Assembly (NCBI GenBank): GCA_020184695.1
Contig: JAANOX010000239.1
Location: 1-64,000, forward strand
Source of the DNA: Histomonas meleagridis 2922-C6/04-290x
Lineage: Eukaryota; Protista; Parabasalia
Direction: 5' to 3'
DNA: 64,000 nucleotides
The notes under the pieces were generated by a model. It made no database searches and was not told where the DNA came from. It saw nothing but the letters and a program-made list of their open reading frames with translations. The translations under genes and the position numbers were made by a program. Positions 45,201-52,311 of the stretch are shown here, one piece after another (positions within the stretch are counted from its first letter, which is position 1; every line of letters starts with the position of its first letter).

Positions 45201-45725
45201 TTTTATTTAATATTTATTTTAATAATTTTATATTTCAAAATAATATTTGGAAATTATTTAAATTGTTTCAAACAGCACTTATGTATGCATCTAATAATGG
45301 TCATACAGAAATAGTTAAATTACTTCTTGAACAAGAAGGAATTGATATTAATGCTAAAGATATTTATTTGTTTTATTTAATATTTATTTTAATAATTTTA
45401 TATTTCAAAATAATATTTGGAAATTATTTAAATTGTTTCAAACAGCACTTATGTATGCATCTAATAATGGTCATACAGAAATAGTTAAATTACTTCTTGA
45501 ACAAGAAGGAATTGATATTAATGCTAAAGATATTAATATTTTTTGTTTAAAATTAATTTATCTAATTTTATCTTTCATAATAACATTTGGAATTTATACA
45601 ATTTATTTAAAACAGCATTTGATTATGTCAATAAAAATAATGAAATTTATAAATTGTTCGAGCCTCTAAAGGAAAATTTCCAACAAAATAAATGGTTTAT
45701 TCATTTTTTTTTCAAGCTTCATTAA
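42258..45725 (+). CDS. DUF3447-type ankyrin-repeat protein, interrupted by 50 short inserts; reconstructed product 871 aa with ~13-14 C-terminal ankyrin repeats
   Basis: 42258-43436 has the parabasalid DUF3447-like region (IRKDEVEELQ, LIQIAAFFGSIKCFKFLL, YAVLGGNEEIIHLCEQ). Downstream stop-free ~93-nt ankyrin cassettes (e.g. ETALYIASKNGFTDIVKILLEKPEIDINLKN) lie in shifting frames. 3468 nt minus 48x17 and 2x18 nt gives 2616 nt = 872 codons ending at TAA 45723-45725. Confidence 0.85.
43437..45608 (+). other. Array of 50 non-canonical 17-nt (two 18-nt) AT-rich inserts separating single codons in ankyrin beta-hairpin loops
   Basis: Example 45359-45444: GAT|atttatttgttttattt|AAT|atttattttaataattt|TAT|atttcaaaataatattt|GGA|aattatttaaattgttt|CAA ACA = D N Y G Q T. 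46/50 inserts start with a purine (14 start GT), 45/50 end in T, none ends AG. Confidence 0.88.
45137..45534 (+). repeat. Exact 170-bp tandem repeat (~2.3 copies) of one ankyrin cassette plus its four inserts
   Basis: 45137-45364 is identical to 45307-45534. Confidence 0.92.
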
Positions 45726-45999
45726 AAATAATTTTTAATGAAAAATAAAAATATCAAGAAATCCATTTTACTTAATAAATTTTTAAATAACACAAACATT
45801 TCATTTCATTACTGAGATTGAACAATGTGAAAAGTTGCTAAAAATATTACGTGATATAAAAAATATGCTTAAATTGTTGTTTTATCTTTGGAAAGTGATC
45901 ATTCCTCAATAAGTGATTAAATCACATTACATGTGAATCTTCTTAATATATAGTTCCAAATAACACAAACACAACATTCTCATTTCGAACATATATTTG

Positions 46000-46145
46000 G
46001 GAAATTCCGGAAAAAAAGTATATCCAGAAAAAGTTGATAATTTCCGAAAAAGTATAGTTTTCCCGAAAAAAGCGAGAAATATGGAAAACCGTTAATAAAT
46101 TGAAAACTTACCGTTATATGGAAAAAGTCTGAAATATGGAAAGAC
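46000..46145. repeat. Degenerate ~19-bp tandem array of 8 units (CCGAAAAAGT / ATGGAAAAAGT core) between convergent genes
   Basis: The G of the GAAA(A) cores falls at 46010, 46027, 46046, 46065, 46084, 46102, 46121 and 46139 (spacing 17-19). Confidence 0.65.
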
Positions 46146-46196
46146 TCCCTATTATCAAATTAGCGAAATATAAATTTAAAAATTCAAAAACAAATT

Positions 46197-47702
46197 TTAT
46201 TCGTTATGCGATTCATTGACAATTTTCATTTTTTCAGACATAATAAAAGTACTATGTATTTCTTTTGCGAACTCGCAAAGCAACACAGCCCTAAGTTCCT
46301 TTGTATCCTTTGTCATATCCTTTGGTATTTCGAACAATTCGACGTTTTCATATTTGGCGACGACACTTTTGAACGCATCAGCTAATTCGTTATTAATCAG
46401 ATCAGGTGCCACCGACACAATTAGTGAAATAAGTTGTGTCACTGACAATATTTCATTAATTGTTAAATTTTGGAAATCTTTAAACAAATTTAAGATATAT
46501 GAATAAATATTATAATTATTATTTTCATCATTTTTTCGTTGTCCGTACGAAGATATTCGTGTAACGGCATCTTTAGCATACGACTCAGTTGATGATGAGC
46601 CTTCCGAAATTCCAAGCCATCGTGATGGCAAAAGTGACAATATGTCAAAATTGGATTCACTGGATTTTGCCGGCAGAAGACAGCTCTGAAGTTTTGGCCA
46701 TTTCATCATAACTTTGAGGAGCGTAAGTGCTGCGTTACGTTCAAGTTGATTATTTTCTTTTAATGAATTAACTATAAGCGATAATATTTCATCGGATTTT
46801 ATTAGGTTAATCGTTGGATCTATGATGACTGATGACATAAATGTTGATAGAAGAAATGATAAGGCAATGAGTTTCTGACAATTGTTAAGTTCTTTTAATT
46901 GGGAAAATACTGTTTCAATTGGGAATTGTTGAACTAGTAAAAGATATTGATCAACCCATTGAAGAAAGATTGTAAGTGAGCCTTGGAATTGTATAGTGGC
47001 TGCATATCCAAGAATAGATGAAAGGGCATCTGCAATTAATGGATTTAATGTGCTGATAGTGTAATCTATGATTGTTTGCGGAACAGGTTCTGTTTTTTCA
47101 GGGGGGTTCAAAACGATTACAAATAAAATTTCGCGCGATTTGTTACCAATGTCTGTGAATGTGAGTGAAGCTTTGCAGAAGTAATCTATAAGTGGAAAAT
47201 GTTTGTTTTTGTTCTTATCGAATGTTGACATCATTTCAAATAATATATAATCATAACGACACGTATGCCATACACCAAGGGCAAACTCACGCGTTTCTTT
47301 GGGGCATTTGAAATCAAGATTTTCGAGATGTGTAAGAATATTTGTAACTGGTCGATGAACTCCTGCTTGAACAAGTTGTGAACGAGCAGTAGAAACAAAA
47401 AAGTGAAAGAAATCTAGAAGTGGAACTATAAATTCTGATGGCGTTTTGCTGTTAACAAAATCTGAAAATTTATACAAGAATGATTTTTCGACTAAGTAAT
47501 CAATAAAAGCAGTGCTATTTTTAGCAGCACACTCATTGATAAGATATGTTTTTATCTGAGATAGATTTCTATTTAATGTTGATGCTTCATCAATAGCTGA
47601 ATTGTTGAGTATTTCTAAAGATGCCTGACAAAGGTGACCAAATTTTTCCATATCATTGCTTGGTCCATTGAACACTCCAATATTTTTCAAGAAACCCTTC
47701 AT
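46197..47702 (-). CDS. FHIP/FAM160 (RAI16-like) family protein, 501 aa
   Basis: Motifs resembling FHIP: FIDYLVEKSFLYKF, GVHRPVTNIL, GNKSREILF, YAKDAVTRI; recognised from memory of the family. Confidence 0.6.
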   Translation of the reverse strand: MKGFLKNIGVFNGPSNDMEKFGHLCQASLEILNNSAIDEASTLNRNLSQIKTYLINECAAKNSTAFIDYLVEKSFLYKFSDFVNSKTPSEFIVPLLDFFHFFVSTARSQLVQAGVHRPVTNILTHLENLDFKCPKETREFALGVWHTCRYDYILFEMMSTFDKNKNKHFPLIDYFCKASLTFTDIGNKSREILFVIVLNPPEKTEPVPQTIIDYTISTLNPLIADALSSILGYAATIQFQGSLTIFLQWVDQYLLLVQQFPIETVFSQLKELNNCQKLIALSFLLSTFMSSVIIDPTINLIKSDEILSLIVNSLKENNQLERNAALTLLKVMMKWPKLQSCLLPAKSSESNFDILSLLPSRWLGISEGSSSTESYAKDAVTRISSYGQRKNDENNNYNIYSYILNLFKDFQNLTINEILSVTQLISLIVSVAPDLINNELADAFKSVVAKYENVELFEIPKDMTKDTKELRAVLLCEFAKEIHSTFIMSEKMKIVNESHNE

Positions 47703-47842
47703 TGAAATGCCACTTTCCTCTTAAGCATTGAAAAATAATTTTCATTTTCTGTTTATGTTTAAGTTATACATTCATTTCAAAACTTGATAGAAAAACAGTT
47801 TGCTATAATTATATAATAAAAACATTTATTAATAAACAGTTT

Positions 47843-50800
47843 TCATATGTTATCAGATGTTTCTTTTAGCGATTTACAATAATTTTCAAGTTCATCAATT
47901 TTTGTTTCTAATTCTACAAAATTCGAAATTTTTTCCTTCAATTCTTTTACCATTTTCTTTCTTCTTTCATAATTCTCATTACTAAATTCTTTGTTGGATT
48001 TCATTTCGTTTTCTGTATTATTTACAAGTGAATTCCATTTTTCCAATCTTCTTTCCAAATTGATTTTCTCGGTCATTAACAAATTCATTTTTTCCATTTC
48101 TTTTTGGTTTAACTTTTCTAATTCCTTTTTCTCTTCAGCAATTTTTTCTTTTAATTCTAAAATATCATTATTAATCAAAGATTTTCTTTTATTACATTCA
48201 TCAATTTCTTTTATTATTTTTTCTGTTTCAGGATCATTAACTTTTTCGATTGTTTTTAATTCCATTTCCAAAACGGATTTGAACTTCAACATTTCATTAA
48301 AATGTAATTTCAAAGTGTTTTCATGATTTATAACATTTTCAAGTTGTTTTTGTTTCGAATAATTCGAATCATTCATATGATTAAGATCTTTTTCATATTC
48401 ACGAACTTTCGCTTCATCAATTGAAGTGTTATTTTGTTGATATTTCGATTTTAATTCATTAATTCGATTCTCTTTTAGTGAATTATCGAATTTAATTCGT
48501 TCGATTTTCTTTTCAATTTCAGAAATTTCGTTTTCAGCTTTCTTAATTTCATAATTTAAATATTTCGTTTCTTCTTTTTCGATGTCTTGTTGTGAAAGAA
48601 TATTTAATTGATATGAAATCGTTTCATTTGTTGTTGTAGTTTGTGATGAATTATTTCTTCTTGATTTCGTTTGTTTTGGTTTTGTTATTGGAAGAATATC
48701 AACGTTATGAATTACTTTAGAAATATGTAATCGCAAATTATTATTTATATGCGAAGATTCTTTCTCAATGATTTTCATTTTAAGGGAATTTCTAATTTTG
48801 GTTTTCTCTGTGATTTCATGTTGAATATTTTCAAGTATGTTTAAAAGTTCTCTTCGTTTTGGAATCAATTTAATTTTTGGAAGATGTGAAAAAGATTTTT
48901 TATTATTTGAAATCGATTTATAAGAATTTATTTGTTTTGCATTTTTATTTTTTAGTGAATTTTGTGTTAATTTGACTTGTTTTTGTAATTTGCTTATTGG
49001 ATTATTTGTTTCATTTTTATTTCGTTTAGATAACAAATTATTTTGTGTAATTTCTTTGGTATTATTTAATGATTTCTCTTTAGTTGTATCAAAATTCTTT
49101 TTGTCTGAACTTTGAGTTTGTTGTTCGCTAACAGAATCTGAATTTTTATCATTATCTTTGGATTCATCGGAATAATCATTTGTTGGCTTTTCATTAAAAG
49201 AATAAGTTTTTGACTTTTGTTGTTCCGCAATTTTTGATAAGTTAATATCATTAAAATGATCATTAGACAAATATTCGATTTTTTTATTATGTAAATATTT
49301 AAAATCATTTGAATCTGATTCAGTTGATGAATAATATGTTTGCTTATCTGATGAAGAATATACATTATCACTTTCATTGCTACGCTTTCTATTTTTACTC
49401 TTTTTTGGCGTTTTATATAGTTCTAAATTAGGTGTACTAGTAAAAGTATGCAAACGCATTTTGTTGGATGAAAAATTTTTCACTTTTGGAAGTTTCATGC
49501 TTTTAGATTTAATTTCATTTTTGGTCTCACTATATGAATCATTTTTATTTTTTGGTGTTATATCGAGTTCAGTTGATTTTCTTGTTTTCTTGTATTTTGA
49601 TTCGTTTTTAATGTTTTGATAATTATTATCTCTGTTTTTTCTTGAAGTGTTTTGTATTTCAGCGTCAGATTCGCTTGAATAATTATTACTTAAATTTTGA
49701 TGTCTTTTCTTTCTTGGTGTTATGCGCATCTCAGCACCAGAGTCACTTGAATAACTATACTTATGCTTATCTGAAGAAAGTTGTTTAGATTTTTGATATT
49801 TTTTGGGATATGTATCACTATCACTAAAATAATTTTTAGTATTTTTCTTTCTTGGAGTTTTACTTGTTTCTGAATTGTATTCACTTGAAGAATCTTGAAA
49901 CTGTCTTTTAGATTTTGTTGTTGAAACATTTTTGGATTTGATGCGTCTTTTAGTATCGTTTTTATTTTTATCATTATTTCTTTTCCTAGGAGTTATATTT
50001 GATCCTGAATCAAATTCACTCGAAGATTCTTGAATTCGCTTTTTAGTTTTAGTTTTGATATGCTTATTGGTATCACTATTAATTTCCGTATTGTATTTGT
50101 TAAAATCTCTTTTTATTGTTATTTTATTTGGCTCTGAATCATACTCACTTGATGAATCTTGAATCTGCCTTTTGGTTCTAGTTGATGAAATATTTTTAGA
50201 TTTGATATACTTATTGGTATCGCTATTATTTTCAATATTGTATTTGTTAAAATCTCTTTTTATTGTTGTTTTATTTGGCTCTAAATCATACTCACTTGAT
50301 GAATCTTGAATCTGCCTTTTGGTTATAGTTGATGAAATATTTTTAGATTTTTTTGTTTCATTGGTTAAATAATTTTTTGTTTTCGTATTTTTTCTTTGCC
50401 TTGAAATTTTACTTGATTCTGAATCATATTCGCTTGAATAATCTTGAATTTTAGTTTTAGAAGATGATCTATTTTTAATTTCGCCTATATTTTCACTATT
50501 GCATTTGCTAAAACTTCTTTTTCTTGGAGTTTTATTTGATTCTGATTCAGTTTCGCTCGTTGAATTTGTTTTTCTGTTTGCATATGGATTTTTCATGGAT
50601 TTTGTTTTCTTTATATCATTTATAGATCCTTTGTCACCTGTACTATAATTTGTGGAATCTCGAATTTGCTCTTTAGAAGATGAAATGCTTTTTCCTTCGA
50701 TATGTTTTCTGGATTTTATATCAATTTCATCATTTTTGTCATTGTAATCGCTTTCATTTCTAAAAATCCTTTTATTTGAATCTGAACTATATTCATTTGA

Positions 50801-52033
50801 TGAATTATTTGCTTCTTTATCTGAAACATTTTTCGTTCTTTGGTGTTTCTTTGTTTTTTTAGATTCGTTTAAATGATTATTTCTTTTATGATATTTTTCA
50901 ACTGAATCCTTTTGCTTTACATCATAAGAGTCATACGAACTGGATTCTTGCTCAATCTTGTTATTATTATCATCACTTTTATCATTTTTAATATTTATGG
51001 GTTCAATTTTATTTTTATTACTTTTATAGCAATTATTTTCCTTTGCATTTTCACTAAAATTGTTATCTGATTTATTTTCATAATCTCCATCAATTACTAC
51101 ATGATTAATATCATTTATTGATAACTTTTTATTTGTTTTCATTTTGTTTTCGCTTAATATCAATTGTTCGCTTGAATTTATTCCTCGAGACATAGAATCA
51201 TTATTTTCATAAGACACTTTTTCTTGAGAATGATAATTCTTATTGACTATTTCTGAATTTTTATTAGAATTAAAGTTTTCATTTTTATCTTCAAATTCAT
51301 TTAATTCTTTGATTTCATTTTGTATTGGAACTGATTTCGAAAACTTTTTATTTTTTGATGGAACAATTTGACTTATTTTTTGCGTTTTAGTCGTATTTAC
51401 AAAATTATTAGCAGACTTATTTCTGTTATTCGTTTTTAGCAAATGATTATTCATTTCAAGCCACTCAAGCTTTAACATAGAGATTTCATTCATTTTTTCT
51501 ATTTCTTCTCTTAGTTCATCACTTTCCATATTCGTTCCTAATTGGAATAATCTGGATAAAAATTCAATTTGCTGATGCAATTCTAAATTTTCATAATAAA
51601 GGAAAGTTATTTTCTCTTGTATAAGTTGTGTGGCACCATCAATCATGGTAAAATGTGATTTTCCAAGAATGCGTTTAATTTGACTAAGATTATTTTTTGC
51701 TGTTGTTTTAGCTCTTTGTAACTTACGAAGTTTATGAATTAAAGGAGCTATCTCAGTATCTTTCAAAAGTGCAATTTTGAAATGATTTGCTTTTTTTGTA
51801 ATTTTTTCTGTTTGTTTTTTTGTAGCTTCTATCTCCTTTTTGTTTGAATTTAGTTGCTCCTCAAGTATAGTGATGTCTTGATCCAACTGGTATAAGTCAA
51901 TCCCAAGTGCGGTATTATATTTTGAAATATCTTCTAATTTCATTTCTAATTCTTTATTTTGTGCTTCAAGACATTTGTTTTCCTTTTGTATTTTTTTTAG
52001 TTCTATTTCTTTCGTTGTTTTTTCATTTTCCAT
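47843..52033 (-). CDS. Hypothetical 1396-aa protein with coiled-coil termini and a central S/K/N/D low-complexity region
   Basis: Uninterrupted ORF with recurrent (I/F)QDSSSEYDSE motifs. Confidence 0.75.
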   Translation of the reverse strand: MENEKTTKEIELKKIQKENKCLEAQNKELEMKLEDISKYNTALGIDLYQLDQDITILEEQLNSNKKEIEATKKQTEKITKKANHFKIALLKDTEIAPLIHKLRKLQRAKTTAKNNLSQIKRILGKSHFTMIDGATQLIQEKITFLYYENLELHQQIEFLSRLFQLGTNMESDELREEIEKMNEISMLKLEWLEMNNHLLKTNNRNKSANNFVNTTKTQKISQIVPSKNKKFSKSVPIQNEIKELNEFEDKNENFNSNKNSEIVNKNYHSQEKVSYENNDSMSRGINSSEQLILSENKMKTNKKLSINDINHVVIDGDYENKSDNNFSENAKENNCYKSNKNKIEPINIKNDKSDDNNNKIEQESSSYDSYDVKQKDSVEKYHKRNNHLNESKKTKKHQRTKNVSDKEANNSSNEYSSDSNKRIFRNESDYNDKNDEIDIKSRKHIEGKSISSSKEQIRDSTNYSTGDKGSINDIKKTKSMKNPYANRKTNSTSETESESNKTPRKRSFSKCNSENIGEIKNRSSSKTKIQDYSSEYDSESSKISRQRKNTKTKNYLTNETKKSKNISSTITKRQIQDSSSEYDLEPNKTTIKRDFNKYNIENNSDTNKYIKSKNISSTRTKRQIQDSSSEYDSEPNKITIKRDFNKYNTEINSDTNKHIKTKTKKRIQESSSEFDSGSNITPRKRNNDKNKNDTKRRIKSKNVSTTKSKRQFQDSSSEYNSETSKTPRKKNTKNYFSDSDTYPKKYQKSKQLSSDKHKYSYSSDSGAEMRITPRKKRHQNLSNNYSSESDAEIQNTSRKNRDNNYQNIKNESKYKKTRKSTELDITPKNKNDSYSETKNEIKSKSMKLPKVKNFSSNKMRLHTFTSTPNLELYKTPKKSKNRKRSNESDNVYSSSDKQTYYSSTESDSNDFKYLHNKKIEYLSNDHFNDINLSKIAEQQKSKTYSFNEKPTNDYSDESKDNDKNSDSVSEQQTQSSDKKNFDTTKEKSLNNTKEITQNNLLSKRNKNETNNPISKLQKQVKLTQNSLKNKNAKQINSYKSISNNKKSFSHLPKIKLIPKRRELLNILENIQHEITEKTKIRNSLKMKIIEKESSHINNNLRLHISKVIHNVDILPITKPKQTKSRRNNSSQTTTTNETISYQLNILSQQDIEKEETKYLNYEIKKAENEISEIEKKIERIKFDNSLKENRINELKSKYQQNNTSIDEAKVREYEKDLNHMNDSNYSKQKQLENVINHENTLKLHFNEMLKFKSVLEMELKTIEKVNDPETEKIIKEIDECNKRKSLINNDILELKEKIAEEKKELEKLNQKEMEKMNLLMTEKINLERRLEKWNSLVNNTENEMKSNKEFSNENYERRKKMVKELKEKISNFVELETKIDELENYCKSLKETSDNI
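50091..50350 (-). repeat. 147-nt (49-aa) internal coding duplication
   Basis: ttgtatttgttaaaatctc starts at 50091 and 50238; both units encode KSKNISST...QIQDSSSEYD.EPNK.TIKRDFNKYN. Confidence 0.8.
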
Positions 52034-52311
52034 TCATCAAGTATGTTAGGGCACTCCAATATACGTTATAAAATTCTAAATTAGAAATGAAAAAAATATA
52101 ATTGCAATTTCAACTATAAAATTTTGAGTTTTGATGTATAATGAATTCAATAAGTTGATTCCAAATATGTTTTCATGAATCTGCTTTATAAGAAAATGTT
52201 TAATGAAATTCTAATTATTAAATTAAAATTTATTTTTATCAAATAACTTCATCTTAATTTTGCTAATCACATACAACACATAATAATTCAAATTTCATCT
52301 TTATATACTTT

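Noticed and set aside
43437-45608. Spacers as ordinary spliceosomal introns
   Set aside because: There is no AG acceptor or ACTAAC-type branch motif at any frame-restoring position, and most spacers do not start with GT.
43437-45608. One 51- or 68-nt intron per ankyrin repeat as the primary model
   Set aside because: It restores the frame but puts F/Y/I/C at the conserved ankyrin Gly. It also leaves unexplained the GG at -23 and the G/C-containing triplets recurring every 20 nt. It is kept only as a possible alternative product.
43437-45608. Classical matched-codon ribosomal hopping
   Set aside because: Take-off codons (GAT, AAT, GGA) do not match the last triplet of the inserts (mostly TTT/ATT/TAT), and no stimulatory hairpin is evident.
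43470-45725. CRISPR-like repeat-spacer array
   Set aside because: The context is eukaryotic, the 'repeats' are divergent protein-coding ankyrin cassettes, and there are no cas genes.
45263-45725. Short ORFs 45263-45484, 45433-45669 and 45543-45725 as independent genes
   Set aside because: They are single ankyrin cassettes read into the inserts, i.e. pieces of the interrupted gene.
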